From: Chamaesiphon sp.
Lineage (GTDB): Bacteria > Cyanobacteriota > Cyanobacteriia > Cyanobacteriales > Chamaesiphonaceae
DNA length: 64,000 nt
Assembly (NCBI GenBank): GCA_965246715.1
Contig: CBDFFH010000038.1
Location: 1-64,000 of the forward strand
Reading direction: 5' to 3'
Shown: piece by piece, positions 37,877-48,590 of the stretch
Layout of the letters: each line of letters begins with the position of its first letter
How positions within the stretch are numbered: position 1 is the stretch's first letter
The notes under the pieces: model-generated
What the model saw: the letters and a program-made list of their open reading frames with translations, nothing else
What the model was told of the DNA's origin: nothing
The model's database searches: none
Program-made: the position numbers and the translations under genes

Positions 37877-38752
37877 TTTTTTCTTGGAGGTGGAACAGTA
37901 GATGCTTGGTGTCCTATATGTCGATGCCATAGTGTCTTCCACATCAAGAGCCAGCTAGCCTCAGATGGCGAGAAGGAGAAAAAACTTCCACACCGTGGAA
38001 CAATTATTATTGAAGCTGTGTGTGGGCGCGGAGGTATAAACAGCTATCAAGGGTGCAGGTCGATTTTTAATACGGTTTTTGTGAAAGATGCCTCTGAAAT
38101 CATCAAGATAGGTCAGAATCCTTCAGCAGCAGAGTTAGAGTTTGGATCGCTTGATGAAGCTTTTGATAAAGAGTTGTCTGGATCATTTAGAAGAGAATTA
38201 GGTACCGCAATTGGTCTTTATGCTCATGGTGTTGGAATAGGTTCCTTCGTTTATCTCAGAAGGATATTTGAAGCCCTAGTTGAGGAGGCTCATCAAGTTG
38301 CCCGACAAGATGAGAACTGGGATGAGTCTAAATATCATCGGCTAAGAGTATCTGAAAAACTTGATCTCCTTAGAGGTTACCTTCCTTCAAGACTAGTCCA
38401 AACTGCTCATCTTTATGGAATACTTAGTCTGGGAATACATGAACTTTCAGAAAAAGATTGTTTAGAAAGCTTTGAGCTTGTCAAGGGCGCGATTGAACTT
38501 ATTTTAAAAGAGCGCCACGAAGTAAAACGATATGAAAATTTAGTTAAAGGAGTTAGTCAGAAATCTCAAGAACTTCAGCAAAATGCTTCTTCTAAACAAC
38601 TGAATAAAAAGCCGAGACCAAATGCCTAACAACTGCTTTGTGTTGGATCGAACGACTCGATACTTTGGCTAGAGCTATGTCCCCTATCCCCTAACGACAA
38701 ATATGGTGTAGCTTGGATCGTATGTATCGATCGATCTGCATCCTCCTCACTA

Positions 38753-40000
38753 ATGATTAATCCCCAGATTCACCGCACCCAGACAGCCAACGGGATCGTA
38801 GTCCTGACGATCGCCAATCCCGCAGCAGATATCGTTTCTGGGAAATTTTTCGTGCCAGCAGGGAGTAGATGGGAAAGTGAAGATCGATCTGGGTTGGCTC
38901 ATCTACTCACATCGTTACTGACAAAGGGAACGCAGCGGTTGTCGGCGCTGGAAATAGCCGATCGGATCGAGTCAGTTGGGGCGGGATTGGGTGCAGATGT
39001 GACGACTGATTATCTCCAGTTGAGTATCAAGACAGTTAAGTCGGATTTACCAGATATATTCAAGTTAGCTGGCGAGATTCTGCGTACGCCATCTTTTCCC
39101 GAAGCGCAGATCGAACTCGAACGTAAATTAACCCTTCAAGCCATTCGATCGCAAACCGAGCAGCCATTTAATAACGCCTATCGTCAACTGCGCGAATCTC
39201 TCTATGCCGCACATCCGTATGCTCGATCGCCACTCGGCACGAGCGATACAGTCAGTCAAATTACCCGTCAGGACTTGGTTGACTACCATCAAACTCATAT
39301 TCGACCCGATCGACTAATTATCTGCCTTGCTGGGCGAATTACCCCTGATGAGGCGATCGAGTTAGTGACTCAAGTATTTGGTGATTGGGCGCAGCCGGAG
39401 CGCGAACTGCCGACTCTTGCGACGACAACAGTTATTTCCCAACCGCAGTATTTATTAGAACATCAAGCTACCCAACAATCGATCGTCATGTTGGGTTATC
39501 TCGCCCCAGCCATGCACGATCCGCATTGCATTCCGCTCAAGCTAATTAATAGCTATTTAGGAAATGGGATGTCGAGTCGATTATTTGTCGAATTGCGGGA
39601 GAAGCGAGGACTAGCCTACGATGTATCGGCTTTTTACCCGACTAAATTAGATACTTCGCACTTTGCTGTATATATGGGCACTAACCCTAGCAATACGCGT
39701 GTCGCTGTCAGTGGTTTGCGAGCGGAAGTCGATCGACTGTGCATCGAACGGCTCCCCGTCAGCGAACTCCAAGCTGCCAAAGACAAACTGCTCGGGCAAT
39801 ATGCCTTGGGCAAACAAACTAACGGACAATTAGCCCAAACCTATGGTTGGTATGAGCTAATGGGTTTGAGTATGGATTTCGATCGGCAATTTAGCACGGA
39901 AATTCAGTCGATTACTCCAGTTCAGCTCCAAACTGTGGCGGAGAAATACCTCGGCGACCCCTATATTTCGATCGTTAGTCCGAAAGAGCATAGTGACTAG
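38753..40000 (+). CDS. M16 (pitrilysin) peptidase family, non-catalytic subunit
   Basis: GLAHLLTSLLTKGT (HxxEH degenerate), SSRLFVELREKRGLAY. Confidence 0.9.
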   Translation: MINPQIHRTQTANGIVVLTIANPAADIVSGKFFVPAGSRWESEDRSGLAHLLTSLLTKGTQRLSALEIADRIESVGAGLGADVTTDYLQLSIKTVKSDLPDIFKLAGEILRTPSFPEAQIELERKLTLQAIRSQTEQPFNNAYRQLRESLYAAHPYARSPLGTSDTVSQITRQDLVDYHQTHIRPDRLIICLAGRITPDEAIELVTQVFGDWAQPERELPTLATTTVISQPQYLLEHQATQQSIVMLGYLAPAMHDPHCIPLKLINSYLGNGMSSRLFVELREKRGLAYDVSAFYPTKLDTSHFAVYMGTNPSNTRVAVSGLRAEVDRLCIERLPVSELQAAKDKLLGQYALGKQTNGQLAQTYGWYELMGLSMDFDRQFSTEIQSITPVQLQTVAEKYLGDPYISIVSPKEHSD

Positions 40001-40009
40001 CTACTATTT

Positions 40010-40264
40010 TTACTCCCTTACCCCAACTTCCTCGGTTCTGACCACCGAATTAAGTCCCCAAACATGTTCTACCTCCACCTGTTGATGGGTGCAGACATCC
40101 TCTAAGAGTTTATGCTGCGATAAAGCTTTGCGGAGGGTAACGATCAATTGTTGTACCCGTTCTCGGACGATCGGATCGCGATCGGCCGATCGCATACTTT
40201 GACGTTCGAGAACTTGGAGAATCAATTCGTAATGGACGAGTGAAGGTAGTGTAATTCGATCCAT
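40010..40264 (-). CDS. Conserved cyanobacterial small protein (DUF5340-like)
   Basis: LPSLVHYELILQVLERQS...LIVTLRKA. Confidence 0.75.
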   Translation of the reverse strand: MDRITLPSLVHYELILQVLERQSMRSADRDPIVRERVQQLIVTLRKALSQHKLLEDVCTHQQVEVEHVWGLNSVVRTEEVGVRE

Positions 40265-40329
40265 GAATATGCCGTCACCTTGTACCGAACGGATCGGTGA
40301 TTATTGGAGTGGATAAATTTCAGCGTAGA

Positions 40330-41214
40330 TTATGCTGCAAACAAATCGATGAGCGCTTGGCCGGGATCGTCTTGCTTTACTAATGATTCCCCAATTAGGA
40401 CGGCATTAACACCAGCATTAGCTACTATTTTAAGATCTTCAGCAGTGTGTATTCCCGATTCACTCACAATTAATACCCCACGATCTGATAATTGTTGTTG
40501 GCGCGTAGCCAATAGAGTACAGGCGTTCTGTAAGTCTACACTAAAATCGGCAAGATTGCGGTTATTAATCCCAATTAGATTCACACCCTCTAATGCTAAC
40601 ACTCGATCGAACTCCTCCGCCGTATGGACTTCAATCAATGCAGTCATCCCTAATCCGCGCACGATCTTGAGAAAATACTTAAGATCTTTATCGTCCAAAA
40701 TTGCGGCAATCAATAGCACCGCATCCGCACCATGCACGCGGGCATAATAAATCTGGTAAGGGTAAATGATAAATTCTTTACATAGCAAGGGTAAATCTAC
40801 TGCTTGGCGCACGTTCTGGAGATTTTCAAAGCTACCCTGAAAAAACTTGCGATCGGTCAATACCGACAAACAACTTGCACCACCACGCTGATAAGCTTTG
40901 GCGATCTCTACCGCATCAAAATCTGCCCTAATTACTCCTTTACTCGGCGAAGCCTTCTTTACCTCGGCAATAACCGCAGGATTCGTCTTTCCCTGACTTA
41001 GAGCACCGATAAAGTCTAGCGGTGGTGACATCTCTGGTACTTGTTTTTGTAATGTCTCCAAGGGCATCCGCTCGCGCATCTGGGCAACTTCCCGTTCTTT
41101 GTACCAGACAATTTCTTCTAAAATATGTTCTGGTTGATTGTCTGGAACGACGATTTGATATTCGAGATGGCTGACGCTGATAGCAGAACTGGGAGGACGA
41201 CGACGAATTTTCAT
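40330..41214 (-). CDS. trpC: Indole-3-glycerol phosphate synthase
   Basis: [30 protein letters not shown]. Confidence 0.97.
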   Translation of the reverse strand: MKIRRRPPSSAISVSHLEYQIVVPDNQPEHILEEIVWYKEREVAQMRERMPLETLQKQVPEMSPPLDFIGALSQGKTNPAVIAEVKKASPSKGVIRADFDAVEIAKAYQRGGASCLSVLTDRKFFQGSFENLQNVRQAVDLPLLCKEFIIYPYQIYYARVHGADAVLLIAAILDDKDLKYFLKIVRGLGMTALIEVHTAEEFDRVLALEGVNLIGINNRNLADFSVDLQNACTLLATRQQQLSDRGVLIVSESGIHTAEDLKIVANAGVNAVLIGESLVKQDDPGQALIDLFAA

Positions 41215-41301
41215 GATTTCGGGAGTGTGTGTAACCAAAACTTAATGCTAAGAACCATTATCGGCTGGATGAAGCTGTATTGCCAGCGCCGCTTGAGTCA
41301 A

Positions 41302-41503
41302 CGATCGATCTATTCTAATTACGTAACCTAAGTTGCTACCTATAAACAAAGCGGTTAGAAACCGCTCCTCGAAATGCAAAGTCCGCCTTCGCGGACTGAC
41401 GATCCTAGTCCGCGAAGGCGGACTTTGCATCATTAGCCACGATTTCAATCGTTGGCATTCTACAGGTAGCAACTTAGGTTACGTAATTAGAATAGATCGA
41501 TCG
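41302..41503. mobile_element. 202-bp nested-palindrome MITE/REP-like element
   Basis: Perfect 40-bp outer IR (41302-41341 / 41464-41503) enclosing a perfect 24-bp inner IR (41374-41397 / 41407-41430). Confidence 0.8.
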
Positions 41504-41504
41504 G

Positions 41505-41798
41505 ATGATTCGTGGTCGAAAGACTCTAGCTATCGGGATTATTACAGCAATGCTGGTCATCGCATTTGCCGTGAATAGTCTATATTCTATGGGAAGCTGT
41601 CAAAAGCAAGCTTCAATTAAGACGATCGATGAAACAGGCGGCAAGGATTCTCGAATTGGATTCTCCAGTTCTTTGATACTCTTTGCCGCAAATATTATCT
41701 CCTTTCCTGATTTACCTGCGGAATGTGGGTTTAATCGTATCAGTATCGGCAGTAATATTCCCGCCGCGCCCAGCACCATTACTATCAACCGTTATTAA
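41505..41798 (+). CDS. Small hypothetical exported/membrane protein
   Basis: 97-aa ORF with a basic then hydrophobic N-terminus. Confidence 0.45.
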   Translation: MIRGRKTLAIGIITAMLVIAFAVNSLYSMGSCQKQASIKTIDETGGKDSRIGFSSSLILFAANIISFPDLPAECGFNRISIGSNIPAAPSTITINRY

Positions 41799-42076
41799 TG
41801 CACCATTTTGAATATTCACATTCCGACTATTTACGGTAATATCGCCACCCTTGCCAGTAGAGTTTGCGGGCGATCGTTTGCCGCTACTCCCAAAACTCTA
41901 CCTGTTGCTCTAAGATCTAGCCGTTCGCTTCTTGCTTTCATTGCCAATGAGATGCTCGACTCAGATCCTAGCCATTTGTCTAGGATAATTTCTCCCCATT
42001 TTTCCGGTGCAAACTGTAGAGATCGCTCAGCACAATAAGAGCAGTAAATCGATCGCCGTTCGAGCGGAGCAATTTT

Positions 42077-42976
42077 ATGTCTTCATTATCAGAACTATCG
42101 AATAATTTAGCCGAGATCGTCGCCCATGCTGGCGGTGCGGTAGTAGCAATTAAGACCGATCGCCGGTTTGCACCGAGTGGCATTCACTGGCGCAAGGGCA
42201 TCATCGTCACCTCCGATGAGTCGCTTCAGAGCTATGATGGCATCTCCATCGTCGATCCCAACGGTCGTACCGTCCCAGTAACCCTATTAGGTCGCGATCC
42301 TAGCACCGATGTCGCTGTATTTAAGCTAGAAGATAACGATATTCCCATCGCAACCATTAGCGCGGCGGCCACCCTGAAGGTTGGCCATCTCGTCCTAGGA
42401 GTGGCAAGGAGCATCGAAGGGGACGTGCGATCGACAATGGGCACCATCAGCGTCATTACCGGTAGCTGGCAGAGCATGAGCGGTGGCACGATCGATCGGT
42501 ACATTCGTCCGGATATTACCTTCAATCCTGGCTTTGCGGGGGGTGCGCTGGTAGATGCGGCGGGGCAGGTAGTGGGGATGAATACCTCCGGACGACGGGG
42601 TACGGCGTTGACAATTCCGGCGGAAACGGTAGATCGCGTTGTCGAGCAATTGACGACGAAGGGGCGGATCGTTCGGGGTTATTTGGGCGTGGGAATGCAA
42701 CCCGTGCGCTTGCCGCAGAATCTTGTCACCACACTTAATTTGGCTAATTCACATGGGGTAACGCTCGTCAATGTCGAACCCAATAGTCCTGCCGATCGCG
42801 CAGGGATGTTGTGGGGAGATGTTTTGGTTACGCTCGATGGCATCGGGGTGGGCGATCCTGGTGATGTGCGAAGCATCCTCAATCACGATCGGATCGGTCA
42901 AACTATCCCCGCACAATTAGTTCGAGGCGGTAATGTGGTGGAATTATCGGTCACGATCGGCGAACGAGCGGTCTAG
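42077..42976 (+). CDS. S1C (HtrA/DegP-like) trypsin-PDZ protein, catalytically degenerate
   Basis: GRDPSTDVAV, NPGFAGG in place of GNSGG, RGYLGV PDZ, SPADRAG. Confidence 0.85.
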   Translation: MSSLSELSNNLAEIVAHAGGAVVAIKTDRRFAPSGIHWRKGIIVTSDESLQSYDGISIVDPNGRTVPVTLLGRDPSTDVAVFKLEDNDIPIATISAAATLKVGHLVLGVARSIEGDVRSTMGTISVITGSWQSMSGGTIDRYIRPDITFNPGFAGGALVDAAGQVVGMNTSGRRGTALTIPAETVDRVVEQLTTKGRIVRGYLGVGMQPVRLPQNLVTTLNLANSHGVTLVNVEPNSPADRAGMLWGDVLVTLDGIGVGDPGDVRSILNHDRIGQTIPAQLVRGGNVVELSVTIGERAV

Positions 42977-43255
42977 TAAATCGATGGTTAATTAAGTCAG
43001 TTAAAAAAATCACCGATTATTGCGCTCGATCGCAATTTATCTATTATCAGATCGCGATCCACAGCCAGTTTTCAAACTGGCTATTTTGGCTGCCGATCGC
43101 TGTCGATCGGGCGTAAGATTGGCATACCGAAATAAATCAGTTGCAATTTTCCGGAAGAGTGGCTCTGGTGTAGGCTGGGAAATTCTCACCTGCTCGATCT
43201 GAGCCGATTATAGTCGAATAAATATATCTATAAATTGAGGCAAAAGAGCGCAACT

Positions 43256-46200
43256 ATGGCCGCACCACCCGATCGATCTTTCTCACTGGACTTAAAAATA
43301 GATCCAGATAATCCTCACCTCTTGACTGGATTGGAAAATTGGTTGGAGTTGGGACTGATCGACGATCGCCAGATCCGCGATGTAGCTAGACTTTTTCTAA
43401 CTTGCCGATTACCGTCAGTCGTCGCACCCAGTATTATCGAGGAACTTCAGCCACAGACAGTTAGCAGGTATCTAGAAGAGCCGATCGCGGCCAAGCGTCG
43501 TCAGCCTTCGGTCTTGGGCACGATTTGGGCTGCCTTTAAAGATGAGTTGAGCGTGCGGTGGTTGCTGTTTTTGGGTGTATTTTTAGTCATCCTCTCTTCA
43601 GGTGTATTAGCTGCGACTCAATGGCAACGGTTTCCGGCTTGGGGGCAATATGGAGTGCTCTGGGCATACACGATCGCGTTTTGGGGCGTGGGCTTGTGGG
43701 CGCGGGGACAGGCGGGGTTGTCGCTGACGGCGAATACGTTGCAGATCGTCGCGCTGTTACTGATTCCCGTGAATTTTTGGGCGCTCGATTCGTTCCAGTT
43801 ATGGCACAATCCCTGGGAATGGCTGACAGCAGGGTTGGCGATAGTATCGCTATCGGCACTTGCCTATTTAGATCTTCAGCAACGCCAGCAAAAATCGGGG
43901 TTGAGCCAGATTGCCATCGGTTATTTAGGGTTGAGTTATCTGGAGTTGGGTTGGCAGATTCCCTCCTGGGCAACAATTTCGGTGTATTTAGGCGCGATCG
44001 GTGGCGTGAGCTTGTGGCAACGACGGCACCAAATTTTTGGAGAGCGCCAGCAATGGCAAAGTCTGGCGATTTATAGTCTGGCAATGCTGCTATTACGGGC
44101 GTTATTTATCGTGCATTTGCCCGCGCACAACTTTGGACTGGCGATCGGGATTATCGGTTGGCTGGTGGCGCAGTGGGGACTACAGGAGTGGATAAAGATC
44201 GATCGGATCGATGCATTACTAACTCGCTCTAGTACGGCGACTGTTTCCAGAACTCAGTATTTATCGCAGCGTCGCACGACGGCGGAGGGGTTAGCCCGCA
44301 ATTATCACGCAGTTGCGGCTTTGCTACTGTTATTGGGCTGGCTCCTGGCAATGAGTCAATGGGGCAGCACCCTACCGCAGGGTTCGTCTTGGCAGCCTCT
44401 AGCAGTGGATGGGCTGGTCCTGCTATGGTTGGGACAACGGTTACAGCGACGGAGCTACTATAGCGATCTTACCTGGCTGTTTGTCGTCGGGTTGCAAACC
44501 TACGGGCTGAGTTTTGCCATCGCACCCGATCTGATTCCGCTTGCCAAGTGGGATTTTTGGTCGTACTTATTGCCGATCTTTGGAGCAAATGCGCTCTGGG
44601 CGGGAACGCTAATCGGGATGCCCTATTTATGCCTGTGGATTGGCATCTCCGAGTGGCTCGATCGCATCGATCGAGTTAAATTAGCGCAGACAGCCGAAGT
44701 TCTAGTTTTTGGCTATGGGTTCCTCTTAAACATTCTCAGTCTCCCCAATCACTTGGGGCTGTTGCTAAATCTGGCGATTTCCACGCTGGCATTGATTTAT
44801 CTGACCCATCGACGGACAGCAGTCAGAACCCCACTTATTTACATTACGCATTTCTATGGCTTGGCAACGATCGCGTTAGGCATAGGCTATATTTTTCCAG
44901 AATTGCAGACGAATAGCGCAATGTGGGGAACGGTAGCTGTCAGTTTGGCGATCGGGGAATGGCTGGTTTCAACCTTACCGGCTGTGTCTGGTAGTGTCCG
45001 CGATCGGTGGTATCGCAGCGCTTGGCATTACGCTCTGGGGCTATCGGCGGTTAGTTATTTGCTGTATTTATCTGTCGATCTCGATCCGTTGATTTGGGCG
45101 TGGTTTTCAGCCCCCATCGCTTTAACTTGGCTGGGATACAGACGATTGCCCGCTCTGGCGATCGAGATTCCTCGTTTGCCCTGGCAGATCGCGCGACAAG
45201 AAGAAGCGGCAACTTTCAGCGTAGCTAGTCTCATCCTCGCGCAAGGTTTGACGATCGCTAGTCCAAACTGGCGGTTATGGGGTTTGGGCATCTCTGTCGG
45301 CTTGATGTTCTTCAATGTCCGCCGATTGCGAATCTTACCTGTGACGGTAATTCACGTCGGCTTTGGATTAGGTACGATCTCCTGTTTATTAGAACGGTGG
45401 CTATCGGTCTCGACTTGGCCGATAATCGGTGCGATCGTCTGTGTGGGATTGTGGCTGGCTGCTGCACAATTGCGCCGTCGAGACAACGATCTAGCCCAGT
45501 TATACGCTCGATCGAGTGACGGGTGGGCGCTGAGTTTGAGTAGTGTTGGTGTGGCGATCGGGACAATGATTTATGCCGCTAACTATCTGCCCTGGTGGAA
45601 TATCTCATCGTGGCAATGGCACCATCCGAGCATTGCAATTTCTGCGGCAATTTTAGCGATCGGCTTATGGTATAAAGATAAATCGCTCGCTCAAGCCTGG
45701 ACTTTGTGGGCGATTAACTGGACGCTGCAACTAGGCATCGCCGAACTCATCCATCTACTAGGCGGTAATCCACTAACACTCGCGATCGTCGATATCGCGC
45801 TCGCTTTCCCCTTATTCTTCCTAATTATTCCCCTCCTCGGAGGGGTGCCCGCCAGGGCGGGGTGGGTTCCGGTGCCCGTCAGGGCGGAGTGGTTTCCGGC
45901 AATCCGCCTTCTCCCCTGGTTTTATACACTCTTAGGGATGGTCTTACGCCTACCCTACTTTAATTCCTATACCGGCGCACTAGCGATCGGGACAGGCATC
46001 ATCAGTCTATTAGTAGGCTGGCGAGCGGTAAGTTCTGGGATCGCTTATTTCGGCTTCTTGACGAGCGCGCTGGGCTGCTACGAACTGGTTACCTACCAGA
46101 TCTTGCAAGCACCCACAGGGGGAAATATCGCTGATGCCCTGACGATCTATGGCTTAGTTACTGCCATCCTCGCGCTCGGCTATCGCCTGTCGATCTGGTG

Positions 46201-47245
46201 GTGGGAGCGACGTGGCCATACTACCTGGCTGAATTTACCCCTGGATCGATCGAAAACAGTCGCACACATTCATTGGATCGGGGCGAGTGGTTGGAAAATT
46301 GCCGCAGCATTAATCCCGTTGTCGCCAGCTCCGCAGTTGAGCCTCATCCATCTAAGTACTAGCATCCTCTTGGGTCTCTATGCGATCTGCCAAGGACGCG
46401 ATGCTGCAAAGCAGCCGCTCGACGAACGCAAGCAGCAGGGTGATTGGTGGGTATATGTCGGAATTGTCGAGATTTTAGGTACGGGCATCTATGCGCGATC
46501 GATCTTTAGTAGTCTGGGCATCTTAGATGAATTTATCATTCTCGCCGCTTGTATCGGCTGCATCGGGATTTTACTCACGCCGTGGTCGAGTTGGGGGTGG
46601 CAAGATCGACCGTGGCAAAGGGTTGCAGTAGTTTTACCATTGCTGCGGGTATTATTTGTCGCCGATCGGATTTCGCTTTTAAATCTCCTCATTATCGCCA
46701 GTTTCTATGCTGGTGTTGCCAAACGTCAACACCAGTTTGGGTGGATTTATGTCAGTCTGCTGTTTGTCGATTGGGCAGCGTTCCGCGTCCTCGGTCTTTA
46801 TCACTGGCAAGATCCACTCTGGTTTGCCGCGATTGCCGGAATTTCACTTTTACTTAGTGTCCAATTCGATCCCTATTTCCAGCGCACCGAACGGCGACAA
46901 AGCCGACATCTGGCAAGATCGATCGGTAGTAGTGCGATCGCGATAACCGCTCTAGTCATCCATCAAGATCTACCCTTCATCCCTGCGGGAATTAGCCTGC
47001 TGCTTGCTTTAGGTGGGATCGCGCTGAGCATCCGCGCCTTTTTGTATGTGGGCACGATTACCTTGATGCTGACGGCAAGTTATCAACTGATTATTCTAAT
47101 TACCGAATATTCATTTACCAAATGGATCGTCGGTTTGATTGCTGGGGTACTGATTATCGCGATCGCGGGTAACTTTGAACGTCGTCGCGACCAAATCTCC
47201 ACCACCATTCATAATTGGCTCGATCGATTGCAAGAATGGCAATGA
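43256..47245 (+). CDS. Very large polytopic membrane protein (DUF2157-like)
   Basis: LENWLELGLI, ELSVRWLLFLGVFLV, many TM helices. Confidence 0.85.
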   Translation: MAAPPDRSFSLDLKIDPDNPHLLTGLENWLELGLIDDRQIRDVARLFLTCRLPSVVAPSIIEELQPQTVSRYLEEPIAAKRRQPSVLGTIWAAFKDELSVRWLLFLGVFLVILSSGVLAATQWQRFPAWGQYGVLWAYTIAFWGVGLWARGQAGLSLTANTLQIVALLLIPVNFWALDSFQLWHNPWEWLTAGLAIVSLSALAYLDLQQRQQKSGLSQIAIGYLGLSYLELGWQIPSWATISVYLGAIGGVSLWQRRHQIFGERQQWQSLAIYSLAMLLLRALFIVHLPAHNFGLAIGIIGWLVAQWGLQEWIKIDRIDALLTRSSTATVSRTQYLSQRRTTAEGLARNYHAVAALLLLLGWLLAMSQWGSTLPQGSSWQPLAVDGLVLLWLGQRLQRRSYYSDLTWLFVVGLQTYGLSFAIAPDLIPLAKWDFWSYLLPIFGANALWAGTLIGMPYLCLWIGISEWLDRIDRVKLAQTAEVLVFGYGFLLNILSLPNHLGLLLNLAISTLALIYLTHRRTAVRTPLIYITHFYGLATIALGIGYIFPELQTNSAMWGTVAVSLAIGEWLVSTLPAVSGSVRDRWYRSAWHYALGLSAVSYLLYLSVDLDPLIWAWFSAPIALTWLGYRRLPALAIEIPRLPWQIARQEEAATFSVASLILAQGLTIASPNWRLWGLGISVGLMFFNVRRLRILPVTVIHVGFGLGTISCLLERWLSVSTWPIIGAIVCVGLWLAAAQLRRRDNDLAQLYARSSDGWALSLSSVGVAIGTMIYAANYLPWWNISSWQWHHPSIAISAAILAIGLWYKDKSLAQAWTLWAINWTLQLGIAELIHLLGGNPLTLAIVDIALAFPLFFLIIPLLGGVPARAGWVPVPVRAEWFPAIRLLPWFYTLLGMVLRLPYFNSYTGALAIGTGIISLLVGWRAVSSGIAYFGFLTSALGCYELVTYQILQAPTGGNIADALTIYGLVTAILALGYRLSIWWWERRGHTTWLNLPLDRSKTVAHIHWIGASGWKIAAALIPLSPAPQLSLIHLSTSILLGLYAICQGRDAAKQPLDERKQQGDWWVYVGIVEILGTGIYARSIFSSLGILDEFIILAACIGCIGILLTPWSSWGWQDRPWQRVAVVLPLLRVLFVADRISLLNLLIIASFYAGVAKRQHQFGWIYVSLLFVDWAAFRVLGLYHWQDPLWFAAIAGISLLLSVQFDPYFQRTERRQSRHLARSIGSSAIAITALVIHQDLPFIPAGISLLLALGGIALSIRAFLYVGTITLMLTASYQLIILITEYSFTKWIVGLIAGVLIIAIAGNFERRRDQISTTIHNWLDRLQEWQ
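45827..45897 (+). repeat. In-frame SDR-like insertion with 27-bp tandem duplication
   Basis: Matches the 35315 repeat; units 45844-45870 and 45871-45897. Confidence 0.8.
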
Positions 47246-47895
47246 ACATCCGAGTCATGGTAGTAGCGACTGGCGCGATCGCGAGATCGGGATTATCAGC
47301 GATGATAACGGCTCATCCGGAAATGACATTAGTTAGCAATGTTCACGATTTGGATGAATTGGCGCAAGCAATCGATCGATCGGTACCAGACGTTATCATG
47401 CTGGATTTAGGCAATTTACCTCCCACATCTGTCTGGGAAAAGTTGACAGTAATTCAAGTGGAAGCAGCGCGCTCGCTCCCAATTTTAATTATCGATGATT
47501 TCGATCGACTGGATCTGGTTGTTGCCCTACGCGCTGGGGTCAGAGGCATCTTAACCGAGACTAGTACCGAAGCAGAATTGCTCGCGGCGGTATCGGCGGT
47601 AGCATTGGGCTTGGTCGTATTTACGCCAGAGGCGATCGATTCATTGGTGCATGACTCACATTCGCTCGCCGATCGTCAGGACAGCGATCGTCTAGAATTT
47701 AGTCTGACCCCACGGGAGATTGAAGTGTTGGTGCGACTCGGTTCGGGACTGGGGAATAAAGCGATCGCTCAAGGTTTGCAGATCTCCGAACATACCATTA
47801 AATTTCATATCTCATCCATCTTCCAGAAGTTGGGTGTCTCAACCCGAACCGAGGCGGTGGCGATGGGTATTCGGATGGGATTGATTTTGTTGTGA
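47242..47895 (+). CDS. NarL/LuxR-family response regulator
   Basis: PDVIMLD receiver; LTPREIEVL...NKAIA...ISEHTIKFH HTH; ATGA overlap with the upstream stop codon. Confidence 0.92.
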   Translation: MNIRVMVVATGAIARSGLSAMITAHPEMTLVSNVHDLDELAQAIDRSVPDVIMLDLGNLPPTSVWEKLTVIQVEAARSLPILIIDDFDRLDLVVALRAGVRGILTETSTEAELLAAVSAVALGLVVFTPEAIDSLVHDSHSLADRQDSDRLEFSLTPREIEVLVRLGSGLGNKAIAQGLQISEHTIKFHISSIFQKLGVSTRTEAVAMGIRMGLILL

Positions 47896-48019
47896 CTGAG
47901 ATAGCTGACTCGATCGCCTCTGCTAATCATGGTAGCGATTGAATATTCAAGACAAGATCTGGATAGTAGGTGTGACCCACCATCCTTAACATCGATCGAC
48001 AATTTAAACTAAAACTCTG

Positions 48020-48382
48020 TTAATTAACAACAGATTTGACGGCATTAACTATTTCTTCTTGGGAATATGGTTTAGTAATATAGACATCGATTCCCTGTTT
48101 CTGACCCCAAAACCGATCTAAATCTCGATCGCGCGCAGTACATGCAATGATGGGAATTTGCTTGGTATCGGGATAGACTTTCAACAGCCGACAAAACTCA
48201 AAGCCATTGATGCCTTCCATCGTAATATCAGTGATAATGACATCAGGCTGTTGCTTAGCAGCTAATTCCATGCCATCTTCTGCATTATTTGCCGAGATAA
48301 CTTGATAACTATTGTTTTCAAGATAGAGAGTTATCAAGTCCAGTTCGGAGCGACTATCTTCGACAACCAAAATTTTAGTCAT
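48020..48382 (-). CDS. Single-domain CheY/PilH-like response regulator
   Basis: ILVVED, PDVIITD, TA, WGQKQG..YITKP. Confidence 0.92.
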   Translation of the reverse strand: MTKILVVEDSRSELDLITLYLENNSYQVISANNAEDGMELAAKQQPDVIITDITMEGINGFEFCRLLKVYPDTKQIPIIACTARDRDLDRFWGQKQGIDVYITKPYSQEEIVNAVKSVVN

Positions 48383-48590
48383 TTCTTCGATTTGATTGAT
48401 AAAATATTTAAAGTCTACTTTCTAGCTGATTCGATGACTGAGGATGAAACTTTGAATCTTCACCTAACATATTTAATCGGTTGCTGCTGCATCCAAAAAG
48501 CGAGAACTTACCCTACTACAAATTAATTTGAGTAGCGATCGGTATAATTGCTTAGATATGCCATCGTCAATTTTTGCGTCAACTGGCTTT

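Larger units (their letters stand above)
36304..38629 (+). pseudogene. Zn-ribbon/HEPN(DUF4145)-like gene interrupted by ISL3
   Basis: Removing the IS and one DR joins 36304-36461 in frame to 37885-38629: ..LNKFFLGGGTVDAWCPICRCHSVF..AVCGRGG..YLRRIFE..LSLGIHEL (about 300 aa). Confidence 0.85.

Noticed and set aside
41130..41214. N-terminal extension of TrpC
   Set aside because: The MKIRRRP extension is normal for cyanobacterial TrpC
41248..41578. Opposite-strand ORFs sharing GSNLGYVIRIDRS
   Set aside because: Artefact of the 40-bp inverted repeat
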